Positions 1 through 15,157 of a DNA stretch of 64,000 nt are shown in pieces. Location: the NCBI RefSeq assembly GCF_009914755.1, contig NC_060928.1; one strand, written 5' to 3'. A program made the position numbers and the translations under genes. The notes beneath the pieces are model-generated. The model was given only the letters and a program-made list of their open reading frames with translations, did no database searches and had not been told where the DNA came from. Source of the DNA: the human T2T-CHM13v2.0 reference genome, Homo sapiens. Position 1 is the stretch's first letter; each line of letters starts with the position of its first letter.

Positions 1-2703
1 GGTTCTCTATTCTGTTCCATTGGTCTATGTGCCTATTTTTATACCAGTACCATGCTGTTTTGGTGACGCCTTATAGTATACTTTGAAATCAGGTAATGTG
101 ATGCCTCCAGATGTGTTCTTTTTGCTTAGTCTTGCTTTGGCTATGTGGGCTCTTTGGTTGGTTCCATATGAATTTTAGAATTGTTTTGTCTAATTCTGTG
201 AAGAATGATGGTGGTATTTTCATGGAGATTGCACTGAATTTGTAGATTGCTTTTGGCAGCATGGTCTTTTTCACAATATTGATTCTACCCATCCCTGAGC
301 ATGGGATGTGTTTCCATTTGTTTGTGTCATCTATGATTTCTTTCAGCAGTGTTTTGTAGTTTTCCTTATAGAGATCTTTTGCCTCCTTGGTTAGGTATAT
401 TCCTAAGTGTTTTCTTTTTTGGCAGCTATTATAAAAGGGGTTGAGTTCTTGATTTGATTCTCTGCTTGATTGTTGTTGGTGTATAGAAGAACTACTGATT
501 TGTGTACATTAATCTTATATCCAGAAACTTTGCTCAATTCTTTTATCAGTTCTAGGAGCTTTCTGGAGGAGCCTTTAGAGTTTTTGAGGTAAACAATCAT
601 ATCATCAGCAAATAGTGACAGTTTGACTTCTTCTTTACCAATTTGGATGCCCTTTATTTTTTTCTCTTGTCTGATTGCCCTGACGAGGACTTTCAGTACT
701 ATGTTGAAGAGGAGTGGTGAGAGTGAGCATCCTTGTCTTGTTCCAGTTCTGAGGGGGAATGTTTTCAACTTTTCCATTATGTTGGCTGTAGATTTGTCAT
801 AGATGGCTTTTATTACAGTAAGGTATGTCCTTGTATGCCAATTTTGCTGAGAGTTTTAATCGTAAAGTGATGCTGGATTTTGTCTAATGCTTTTCCTGCA
901 TCTATTTAGATGATCATGTGATTTTTGTTTTTAATTCTGTTTAGTTGGTGTATCACATTTATTAGCTTGTGTATGTTAAACCATCCCTGCATCCCCAGTA
1001 TGAAACCCACTTGATCATAGTGGATTATCTTTTTGTTATGTTTTGGATTCAATTAGCTAGTATTTTGTTAAGGATTTTAGCATCTATGTTCATCAGGGAT
1101 ATCAGTCTGTAGTTTTTTGGTTGTGTCCTTTCCTGGTTTTGGTATTAGGGTGATGCTGGCTTCATAGAATGACTTAAGGAGGGTTCCCTCTTTCTCCATC
1201 TTGTGGAATAGTATTAGTAGGATTAGTATCAATTCTTCTTTGAATGTCTGGTAGAATTCTGCTGTGAATCCGTCTGGTCCTGGACTTTTTTTGGTTGGTA
1301 ATTTTTTAATTACTGTTTCAATCTTGTTGCTTGTTATTGGTCTTTTCAGGGTATCTAATTCTTCCTGATTTAAGCTAGGAGGATTGTATTTTTCCAGGAA
1401 TTTATCCATCTCTTCTAGGTTTTCTAGTTTATGTGCATAAGGGTGTTCATAGAAGCCTTGAATAATCTTTTGTATTTCAGTGGTGTCAGTTGTAATATCT
1501 CCTGTTTTATTTCTTATTGAGGTTTTTTGGATTTTCTGTCTTCTTTTCTTGGTTAATCATGCTAATGGTCTATCAATTTTATTTATCTCTTCAAAAACCA
1601 GCTTTTGTTTCATTTATGTTTTTTAATTTTTTTTTTTTTTTTGGTGTTGTTGTTGTTTCTATTTCATTTAGTTCTGCTCTGATCCTGGTTATTTCCTTTC
1701 CTCAGCTGGGTTGGTTTGGGTTTGGTTTGTTCTTGTGTCTCTAGTTCCTTGAGGTGTGACCTCAGATTGCCAGTTTGTGTTCTTTCAGACTTTTTGATGT
1801 AGGTGTTTAGGGCCATGAACTTTCCTCTTAACACCACCTTTGCTGTTTCCCAGAGGTTTGGATAGGTTGTATCACCATTGTCATTCAGTTCAAAGAATTT
1901 TTAAATTTCTATCTTGATTTTGTTTTTGACCCAATGATTATTCCAGAGCAGGTTATTTAATTTCCAAGTATTTGCATGGTTTTGAGGGTTCCTTTTGGGG
2001 TTGATTTCCAGTTTTATTCCACTGTGGTCTGAGAGAGTGCTTGATATAATTTCAATTTTCTCAAATCTATTGAGGCTCATTTTGTGTCCTATCATATGGT
2101 TTATCTAGGAGAAAGTTCCATGCACTGTTGAATTGAAGGTGTATTCTGTGGTTGTTGGATGGGAGGTTCTATATGTATCTGTTAAGTCCATTTGTTCCTA
2201 GGTATAGTTTAAATTCATTATTTTTTTGTTGACTTTCTGTCTTGATGACCTGTCTAGTGCAGTCAGTGGAGTATTGAAGTCCTCCCATTATTATGTTGCT
2301 GTCTATCTCATTTCTTAGGTCTATTAGTAATTGATACATTTGGGAGCTCCAGTGTTAGCTGCATATATGTTTAGGATTGTGATATTTTCCTGCTGGACAA
2401 GGCCTTTTACCATTATATAATGTCCCTCTTTGTCTTTTTTAACTGCTGTTGCTTTCAAGTTTGTTTTGTCTGACATAAGAATGGCTACCCCTTCTTGCTT
2501 TTGGTGTCCATTTGCATGAAATGCCTTTTTCCACCTCTTTACTTTATCTGAGTCCTTACTTGTTAGGTGAGTCTCTTGAAGGCAGCAGATAGTTGGTTGG
2601 TGAAGTCTTATCCATTCCGCAATTCTATATCTTTTAAGTGGAGCATTTAGGCCATTTACATCAATGTTAGCATTGAGATGTGAGGTACCATTCCATTCAT
2701 CAT
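1..2703 (-). pseudogene. Disrupted L1 ORF2 (endonuclease/reverse transcriptase)
   Basis: ORF-track fragments 89-292, 403-777, 1077-1409 and 1901-2095 are colinear pieces of ORF2p in different frames. Confidence 0.9.
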
Positions 2704-3725
2704 ACTATTTGTTGCCTGTGTACCTTTTGCTTTTTAAATTGTATTTTGTTTTATAGGTCCTGTGAGATGTATGCTTTAAAGAGGTCCTGTTTTGATGTGT
2801 TTCCAAGATTTGTTTCAAGATTTAGAGCTCCTTTTAGCAGTTCTTGTAGTGGTGGCTTGGTAGTGTCAAATTCTCTCAGCATTTGTTTGTCTGAAAAAGA
2901 CTGTATCTTTCCTTCCTATGTAATGCTTAGTTTTGCTGGATACAAAATTCTTGGCTGATAACTGTTTTGTTTGACGAGGCTGAAGATAGGGCCCCAATCT
3001 CTTTTAGCTTGTAGGATTTCTGCTGAGAAATCTGCTGTTAATCTGATAGCTTTTCCTTTATATGTTACCTGGTACTTTGGTCTCACAGCTCTTAAGCCTA
3101 GGCAATAATCTTTTTGCGATGAATTTCCCAGGTGTTCTTTGTGCTTCTTGTATTTGGATGTCTAGGTATCTAGCAAGGCCAGGGAAGTTTTACTCCATTT
3201 TTCCCCCAAAATATGTTTCTCAAACTTTTAGGTTTCTGTTCTTCCTCAGGAACACTGATTATTCTTAGGCTTGGTCATTTAACATAAACCCAGACTTCTT
3301 GGAGGCTTTGTTCATATTTTCTTATCCTCTTTTCTTTGTCTTTGTTGGATTGGGTTAATTCAAAGATCTTGTCTTCAAGCTCTGAATTTCTTTCTTCTAC
3401 TTGTTCAATTCTATTGCTGAGACTTCCAGTACATTTTGCATTTCTACAAGTGTGTCCAATGTTTACTGAAGTTTTGATTGTTTTTTTTTATGCTATGTAT
3501 TTGCTTCAATATTTCTCCCTTCACTTCTTGTATCATTTTTTTGATTTCCTTCCATTGGGCTTTGCCTCCCTGTTTAGCTTGATAACCTCTTGAATTCTTT
3601 TTCAGGTAAATCAGGGATTTCTTCTTGGTTTGGATACATTGCTGGTGAGCTAGTGTGATTTTTTTAGGGGTGTTAAAGAGCTTGTTTTGCCATATTGCCA
3701 AAGTTGGTTTTCTGGTTTCTTCTCA

Positions 3726-3839
3726 TTTGGGTTGGCTCTGTCAGAGGGAAGGTCTAGGGCTGAAGGCTGTTGTTCAGCTTCTTTTGGGTTGGCTCTGTCA
3801 GAGGGAAGGTCTAGGGCTGAAGGCTGTTGTTCAGCTTCT
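3726..3839. repeat. Perfect 2 x 57 bp tandem duplication in the L1, near the 5' UTR/ORF1 boundary
   Basis: tttgggttggctctgtcagagggaaggtctagggctgaaggctgttgttcagcttct at 3726 and 3783. Confidence 0.95.
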
Positions 3840-4535
3840 TTTGTCCCATGGGGTGTTCTCTTGATGTGTAGTATTCTCCCCATTTTCCTATGGATGTGGC
3901 TTCCTGAGAGCTGAGCTGTAGTGATAGTTATTTCTCTTCTGAGTCTAGCTACCGAGCAAGTCTACGAGGCTCTGGGCTGGTACTGGCATTTGTCTGCACA
4001 GATTCCTGTGATGTGAACCATCTATGGGTCTCTCAGCCATGGATACCAGCACCTGTTCTGGTGGAGGTGGCAGGGGAGTGAAATGGACTCTGCGAGGGTT
4101 CTTAGCTTTGGTGGTTTAATACTTTATTTTTGTGCTGGTTGGCCTCCTGCTGGGAGATGGTGCTTTCCAGAGAGCATCTGCATGGTAGTGTGGTGAGGGC
4201 TCAGCAGTAGGCAGAGTCCTGGAACTCCCAAGAGTATATGCCCTTTGTCTTCAGCTACCAGGGCGGGACCATCAGGTGGGGGCAGGGCTAGGCAAGTCTG
4301 AGCTCAGTCTCTCCTTGGGCAGGTCTTGCTGCAGCAGCTGTAGGGGATGAGGGTGAGGTACCCAGGTCAATGGAGTTGTGAACTTAGGAGGATTATGGCT
4401 GCCTCTGCTGAGTCCTACAGGTTATCAGGGAAGTGGAAAAAGCCAGCAGTCACAGGCCTCACCCAGCTCCCACACAATCCAAAGGGCCAGTCTCACTTCC
4501 ATCATGTCCCCACCAGCAGCACAAGTCTGTTTCCA

Positions 4536-4567
4536 GGCAGTGGGCAGTGGGCAGTGGGCAGTGGGCA
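4536..4567 (+). repeat. (GGCAGTG)4 mini-repeat in the L1 5' UTR, canonical G4 motif
   Basis: GGG tracts at 4542, 4549, 4556 and 4563 with CAGT loops. Confidence 0.85.
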
Positions 4568-5225
4568 AGCAGAACTGAGAACTTGCCTCAGGCTACACGC
4601 CTCCCGGCTGCAAAAGAAAAAGGCTTTATTTAGGTCCCCCCGCCCCCCATCCCCAGGTCTGCACACCAGATTCGTGCCCTCCCCCGAGTTCTGGCCAGGA
4701 GGCTTCTCAACAGGTTACAAAGTTCAGCTGGAGACTTCCTTCTCCCTGTGGCATTTTCCCTGCACTGCTGGCCATCCTCCCAAAGGATCCCTGTGGTGCC
4801 AGGCAGGAATGGCCTGCTTGGGACCCAGCGAGCTCCCAGGGCCTTTCCCACTGCTTCCTCCACCCCTGTATTTCACTCGGCTCTCTAAATTGACTCGGCT
4901 CCAGGTAAGGTCAGAATCTTCTCCTGCAAACTAGACCTTCAGTTTCCTGAGTGGGGGTGTGTGTTCGGGAAAGGAGGGTGTCTCTTTCCCACTTCCACAG
5001 TGTGGGCATTCGCAGTATTTAGAGTGTCTCCTGGGTCCTGCAGGAGCAGTCTGCTTCCTTCAGAGGATCTGTGGGTCCTCTCAAGATTCCTGGTTTATTC
5101 CTGCAGTTCTTCTGGAGCTAAAATTCACAATGTGAGCCTCCTCATGCTGCTCCGTCCATCCAAGTCAAAGCTGCAATCTAGTCCTCCCTCTCACTGCCAT
5201 GATGATCCTGGATGTCCGAGCATTC

Positions 5226-7455
<2,230 letters not shown>

Positions 7456-7570
7456 CAGAGATAACATGCAAACATATTTATAAATGGCTTGAAACCAATT
7501 AAGATTTAAAAAGTTTTTAAGGTAGGTCGGTTTGAACTGAATGCAAATTCCTGGAGCAACATAAGAAGTT

Positions 7571-7917
<347 letters not shown>

Positions 7918-8773
7918 CTAAGGATGAACCCAAGGGAGCAAGACAAGTTAATACCGGCTGAGACCCAAGAACAGGGGAAGTGCCAGAAAGGGCATCTGAG
8001 GCCAGGGATCAAGAGGAGATGGGGGAGCTGGAGAGGAGTGGAGGGTGCTGGGAAGGAAGGGAGGGCCCAGTGGGTCACTGCGCCACCCACTGAGGAGCAG
8101 CCAGAGGAATGATGGCAGAGTGCCCTGGACACCCTTAAAGGCACCAGGTGAAGGCCGGAAGTCTTAGAAGAAAAAAAAAAAAAGCTGCACACGTGGTGGG
8201 TGTCACACCCAAAAGGCAACAGACCTTGTCCAGGAGGTCACTCGTCTAGGACATTGTAGAAATGATTCACTGACCCAGGTTGGGCCAGATGAGCACACAG
8301 TCATTCCAAGCCCAGATCCTTGGATTCGGTGTTGCAGGGACAGTTAGGGCTCACATTGGAGAGGCACCTGCCTTGAGCAGGGCAGAGCGCAGGAGTGGGA
8401 AGGGAGCTGGGAGATGAGAAGGCTGAGCTGGAGGGGAATGGGGTCTCACACCTACTGGGAGCCAGAGGCAACCATGAGAATCTCTCCAAATACTCCTATC
8501 AGAGAGAGGGGAAACAAGTATTTGAGAAGTGCGTTAGGACCAATTTTCTTCCTTTTTTTCTTCAGATCATGAAAGTGACAGACATTCATCATCCTTTTGG
8601 AAAATACAGTAAAGTAGGAGGAACATACAGATTTCCCTTACTCGTATCCACACAGGACTGTTGTTCTTTTCATGTATAGTCTATTTCCAGGTGTCTGTAT
8701 GCCTGTGGATAAACGTTTGTTCATTAGTTAGCTGGGTTGGGATCATCTGGTAGGATTTTTGCACTTAACTACC

Positions 8774-9135
8774 TGCTATAGTCAGAATGTTTGCGTCCCC
8801 GCCACATTCATATGTTGAAACCTAACCCCCAAGGTGGTGGTATTAGGAGTGGGTGCTACTGGGCGGTGATTAGGTCATGAGGGCAGAGCTCTCAAGCATG
8901 GGTTTAGTGTCCCTCGAGAGGAGGCCCTGGAGAACCCCTGGCCCCTTCTACCAGGTGAGGACACAGGGAGAAGGTGTCACCTGTGAACCAGGAAAAAGGT
9001 CCTCACTAGACACTGAATCAGCCGACACCTTGATCTTGGCCCCCACCCCTTCCAAAACTGTGAAAAATAAATTTGTTTATAAGCCCCCATGTTTATGGCA
9101 CGGTGTCATGGCAGCTGCCCAAACAAACCAAGACA
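8774..9135 (+). mobile_element. MaLR solo LTR, MLT1A-like
   Basis: tgctatagtcagaatgtttgcgtcccc start, aataaa, ...aagaca end; 5 bp TSD ctacc/ctatc. Confidence 0.85.
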
Positions 9136-9799
9136 CTATCTGTTGTGAGCATTTTCCCGTGGTTTTCAACCGCATAATTTGTAATGGTCGCATAGCCTCC
9201 CATCATATGAATGTATTGTAATTTATTTAACAGATTGCTTATTGTTAGACATGCATTAATATAAATCCTGAGATATAATCTGGGCATCAATCTAGACAAA
9301 CGAGCTCCAAAGCTTTAGTTTAGCTCTGCCCTTAGGGCAGTATTGGAAGCTGTAAAGACAGCTGTGAGCTGGAGCAGTCCCGAGGCACCCGCATGCAGGT
9401 GTGCCGGGAAAGCCTGTGGTGGCCCAAAAGGCGTCATCAGCTGTCAGAGGGAGCAGTCTTCAAAGGCCAACAATCAAGCTTAGTGCCAGGAAGCACAGCT
9501 CCTGCACATGGCCCGCAGCCCTCTCAGGACAGAAGAACTGGGTGCAGCAGGCCTCACGTGCCTACTGGCGGGGTCCCAGGAGAGGTCCTATAGCTTCCAT
9601 CCAGCTGTCCCCACACCCTGCTCCGCTCTGCTCTCTCCATGCCCCCACCCCGTGGAGCATAGCCCCTTCTCACCACACCCAGCCCTGCTGTGGTCCGCAT
9701 GCTCCCACCTCTTCGGCCCCTTCCTTGCTTGGCCCTGGTGTCTGTGTGGACTGAAGGCCAACTGTTCCCTGGGACTCTGGTCACCTTGGAGCCCCCACC

Positions 9800-12100
9800 C
9801 CTACTGCCATTTCCAAATTACATCTCTCTCTTTTTTCTCTAGAACCCACAGCTTATGTGAAGCTGTGCCATTCAGCTCCACCACATCCTGCCTTTCCTCA
9901 TGATGGTCCTTACCAACCTCTGATTATCCCATTCATTAAAAACTCTAGTTCTGCCTCACTACCTTCTCCTCCACATTTCCTCTGATTTTTACATCCGTAT
10001 GGAGGAGCTGACCAACACTAGAGCTTCTAAGTCTCAGTAGCAGTTCCCTAGGGCCGCTGAAACAAATTGCTTCAAATCGGTGGCTTAGCATAACAGAAAT
10101 TGATTATCTCACAGATCTAGAGGCTGGAAATCCAAAATCAAGGCATGGACAGGGCCACAGTGCCTCTGGAGGCTTTGGGCGAACTCTTCCTGGCCTCTTC
10201 CAGCTTCTGGTGGTTCCTTGGCCTGTGACTGTGTAACTCCAATCTCTTCACTTGGTCTTCTCCTGTGTCTGTGTGTCTGTCTCCCCTTCTTTCTATTACA
10301 AGGACACTTACTGGATTTAGGGCCCACATGGCTAATCCAGGATGATCTCATCCATTGATCTTTAATTGAATTATATCTGCCAAGACTCTTTTTCCAAATA
10401 AGATTATAGTCACAGGGTCGCAAGTTCCAGGACACTGACATATCTTTTTGGAGCCCACCATTCAACTGAACTCAGTGCCTTATCCTGTTTCCCACCTGAG
10501 CCACTCTAGTCTCATGGTCACACCGTAGACCTTGTCATAACAAGCATCTCAGCCACCTTTAAATTATCGATCTCAGACATCCTCCCAGCTCTCTTGTGCT
10601 CTAGGACTCTAGCCCAAGGGCTCTCATTCACTGACGTCCCTGCCTGTGCGTTTTCTGTCATTCCTTCCCTCATTGCTGCCCTCCTTACTCAGCTCAGACT
10701 GCAAGTTGCCTCATTACAACCTCTCCCTGGCAGAATTCCTCAACCCCTTGCTTCTCTCTTCTCTAAGTCATACTTATCCTGCAAAACCTCAACCTTGGCT
10801 GATTCTAGTATTGACTTGGATGCACAGCTGACCACAACAGGAAAAGTCACACCGTCGGGCTGACTGGTTTCACTTTAAGTTCATGGCCACAAACCTCTAA
10901 TGGGCACTGCTTAGCTACTCTGTCCATTTCCATTGTGAGTTGACTTTCCCCGGCAGCATCTCTCTCTTCACATCTCCCATGGTGAATGCATGACCTGCCC
11001 CACATGGAGCTGAGTAAATACACATATCAGAGGGGAGCGCAATTCTCTTCTCATCTCCAAATGCACAGGTAGACTCACAGCTACATCTGTCTTGTCACAC
11101 CCCAAGCACCCTGCTCCCCGACCTGAACTCACTCCAGCACAGGCGCTCTTGAGAGAGGCAGCCTTGCCCAGGCCACTTGGTGCTCTGTGGCTCACACCCA
11201 AACGATGCCTGGCATGGGAAGCTCTTGGTGTTGGTTGAATGAAGGAGGACTTCCTTCCTCCAGTTATCTCCTCCTGCACCCTCGATCTTCTCTCCACTGA
11301 ATCATTTCCACTCACACACAAAGACGTGCTGGAATCTCTCATTAGAAGAAGTCTTTCTGTGGCTCGACAGACTCTCAGTGTTCCCTCCCTTTCCCCATCC
11401 TGTTTCATAGCAAAACTTCTCCCACAAGCGGTCTGCACACTAACATCTTGGCTTCACCCATCCTTCCTTCTGCTTCTTCACCTACTCTTCAGTCTCCTCC
11501 AGTCTGGCTTCTGGCTTCTCCACTCCCCCGAAACTCCTTTTGTCAAGGGTGTCAGTGACCTCTGTGTCAAGGGCATCGATAAGCTCCATGCTGTCAAACC
11601 CAACTTTGTCTATTATAAAAACACCTAGAAAAAAGAAATTGACAGAGGAGAAGGCTGTAAGGTGAAACACAACTGCCCACCCCCTCTTCTTAGACCCCTC
11701 TCCTCTCTCATTGCCCATGATACAGCAAATAGATTTTTCTCTTATCCCACCAGACACTTCTAATCAACCTTCCTCACTAGGTCGCCCTCTCCCTGACCTC
11801 TAGATACAACCTCTTATTCTTCTCTGTCGATGTATTTTTCATTCTTAGCTTTAAACACCATCCATTTGCTGATGAATTCCAAATTTATTTTTTCATTTGA
11901 ATCTAGACTCTTAAGCCCTCCGTATCCTTCCTTGGTGACTTCTTTAGGTATTTCAGGGGCATCTGAAATTTAACATTTCCTAAATGTCACCCTTGATCTC
12001 CCCAACCCCCTCCCCACCACCCAACTGGTTCCCTCCATCGGTCCTCAGAAAATGGTGCCACCATCTCACTTGCAGTCATGCCCAACAGCTAGCATAGTCC
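9800..12100 (+). mobile_element. Fragmented LINE-2 body, interrupted by MLT1
   Basis: L2-like blocks catggtcacaccgtagaccttgtc (10513), ctgactggtttcactttaagttcatg (10860), ccagtctggcttc...gaaactccttttgtcaagggtgtcagtgacctc (11500). Boundaries approximate. Confidence 0.6.
10036..10475 (-). mobile_element. MaLR solo LTR, MLT1B/C-like
   Basis: ctagggccgctgaaacaaatt...tctagaggctggaaatccaaaatcaagg...ttccaaataag...gacatatctttttgg pattern. Confidence 0.8.
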
Positions 12101-12317
12101 TTGTGGGAGTGTCTCTGGAGATAAAGTCATAGACCGGGAAATGCTGTGCCAAAAGGCGTGTGCCACTTCTTAAAAGTATAGAGAGCTCTGATGCCCATTC
12201 ACCACAATAACAAACGAGGCTTTGAAGCTCCTGACGTTATCGTCTCTGAAACTGTGAGGATTTTTTTTTAACTGGGTAGTTTGCTTTGCCTGGAACTCTT
12301 CCCTCCTCTGAGGCGTT

Positions 12318-12690
12318 GGTGAGTCAGCTGGGGCTCGTAGATATAAGCAATGGACACCAAGCTCTGGGTGTTACAAGTAGAAAAAATGGACTGAAAGAGT
12401 ACTGGGTAGCTCACAGGGCCACTGGGAAGACTGAAAAACTGCGGGACTAAAGGGAGCCCTGAGGTCAGCCCCAACCAAAACCATACCCTAGAACCTGTGC
12501 ACACCAGACTCTGGACGTCATCACTGCCTGCTGCCATCGTTGTCACTGCCTGAAAAACAGCCTCCTCCTCTCATCCCTGACTCTGCTTCACTAGGGTCGG
12601 TGCCTGTGCCCTGGCTTCCCAGGAGGGGGAAAGGCAATGGGCCATTTTGACTGCACCCTTAAGACTTATCAGGTGTCACTCTGGGTGGCT
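12318..12690 (-). mobile_element. Degenerate old MaLR LTR (MLT1K/L/M-like)
   Basis: Weak similarity (gagtcag...gggtagctcacag...ctgggaagactg). Confidence 0.35.
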
Positions 12691-13789
12691 GCAGAGGTGA
12701 CGGCCGCCCATGGTGCTCATCCTGAGGGTCCGCAGCTCTCATTGCTGTTCAGCAAGACAACACTGGACCTGTTGGCTGTTACAGACTCTGGGGCTTTGGG
12801 AAGGGAACGTGAATGGAGCAGGGGAGGGAGGCAGGGTGGCACAATGTTTAATTATGCCATTCCAAAGTTCTGGCCACCAGTCTGTCCTGTCTGTCTGTCC
12901 TGCTAGCAAGTTCTGCATGTGGCATGTCAGCGGCCATCTTCATGTTCCTGCTGGGCCTCTTCTTTGATGTCATAACTATGAATATGTTGCCCACATTTTG
13001 TCCCCTTTTTATAGAAAGGCTCCAAGCACTTTGCAAACATTAGTAAGTGATTAGTCATCAGTACACAGTTGTTAATAAATCAGGGACTTTCTCAGCTGGA
13101 TTCCTCCTGTTTTTCTCCCTCTGCCCATCAAGATGGGAGGTGGGGTGGTAGGGGGGAGAAAGACTGGACTCCTTTTTCTTAAGCACTGCCTTACCATTTC
13201 TCTACCAACCCTGGCACTTGCAGTGGAAACTTGCCGCTTCCGTTTTTAGCCACAGAGGTAATCTACTTTCATTTTGGCGACTAGGCTGGTATTTTTTTCC
13301 ACGAAGCTGGGTGATGAGCCTTGCCCTGGTTTCTGAGGTTTCATGTTCACCAGCAGTAAGCCAGGCCTCCTTTTTCCCCTGGTTTCTTTTCTTTTCTTTT
13401 TTTTTTTAAAGAAGAGGAAACCAAGGCAAGTATTTAGTGAAGGTGGCCAAGACGCTGGAGCTGCTGTTCTCAGAGCGCAGTCTGCAGGCCAGCACATTAG
13501 CAACATCTGAAGTGCACATTAAAATAACTCCATCGCCACCTCCCAAATCAGCCCACCTCCCCCACTTCCCTCCACCCCACCTCCATCCACCCCACCTCCA
13601 TCCACCAAATCAGTGTCTTTGGCATTAAAACCAAAGAAATTGCAGTTTTATTAAGTTCGCAGATGACACTCTAATTTAAAAACCACTAGTTCAGAGTAGA
13701 CGTAGGCATCAGAGCAGTGACATGATTTGAAGCCACAGGCCTCAGTCTATGCACCTGCAAGGTAAGTGATGAGCAAATGAATGCAATAG

Positions 13790-14131
<342 letters not shown>

Positions 14132-14220
14132 TCCATTTCACAAGTATTTGAATGACTGCCTACTATGTGCAAAATATATGCCAGAAAATAATCAGGAAAT
14201 TTTCCATCTATAAATTGCAT

Positions 14221-14237
14221 TAGATAGATAGATAGAC

Positions 14238-14281
<44 letters not shown>

Positions 14282-14327
14282 GATAGATAGATAGATGATA
14301 GATAGATAGACAGACAGATGATAGATA
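14221..14327 (+). repeat. Compound (GATA)n/(GACA) tetranucleotide STR
   Basis: tagatagata...gacaga...tgatagatag seen directly. Confidence 0.97.
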
Positions 14328-15157
14328 AACATAAACATTAGCCCTACTGTTTTCTGTCTTCTAAGATAAGGGAGCTGAATAGATGGAGCTGAAGGGTCTT
14401 CTAGTTCCAATTTCCTACAATTTATGAAGTGGTTGGAATTAGCCCTGACCACTTCCTAGACACTCTTAAAAAAAAAAAAAAAAAGACTTCAAACACACAC
14501 AAAAAAGCACTAAAAAACAAAAACAGAAACAAAACACAGATGCCCATGTTTCGACCTCCAACATTGAACACATTTTAACATTTTTCAATCAATCTAAATC
14601 TTTATAGATACAGTTGAAGTCCTCACTTTCAACCCATTTATCTCCTTCCCTTCCTTTCTATCCAGAAGTGATGATCCTGAAACTGGTATGTGCCTTTTAC
14701 CAATGGTTTTATAATTTCAAAATATATACTGTTGTTCAGTGTTTTTATAAACACATATATAGTTTATATATATCCATCATGTGCCTTTTATACCTATTTT
14801 GCAGTATTTTCAAATCTATCTATATTGATACATGTACATCTACTTTGTTCATTTGTATGACATTCCAATATATGAATATCACCACGATTTATTTAACCAG
14901 TTTCCTACTGATTAGCACTTTCCATTTTCCATGCTTGCTGTTTAGATGACAAATTGCTCTCCCACGTGATGGCGCCATTTATATTCCCGCCAGAGCTCAA
15001 TGAGGCTCCACATTTACCCACATCCTTGCCAATACTGTGCTTGGTTTTAGGTTTTTAACATTTTTGCCAGTTCGATAGGGATGAAATGCCATCTCATGGT
15101 TATGCTGATTTGCGTTTCCTTGATTACTAATGAGGTAGAACATATTTTTCATTTTTT

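Larger units (their letters stand above)
1..5209 (-). mobile_element. LINE-1, L1PB-type, with 5' UTR, ORF1 and most of ORF2 (3' part lies left of the window); inactivated
   Basis: Minus-strand ORF fragments match L1 ORF2p ([31 protein letters not shown] motif, [31 protein letters not shown] endonuclease). ORF2 start MMNGMVPHIS near 2703. 5' terminus reads ggatcatcatggcag...ggactagattgcagc on the minus strand, like L1PB 5' ends. Many stops and frameshifts. Confidence 0.93.

Noticed and set aside
4347-4934. 195 aa ATG-initiated ORF antisense in the L1 5' UTR (ORF0-like)
   Set aside because: ORF0 is described for young L1PA 5' UTRs; this is a different, old L1PB UTR, and GC-rich sequence easily gives open frames.
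14221-14327. Identification as a named forensic STR
   Set aside because: Flanks and structure do not match any marker I can recall with confidence.
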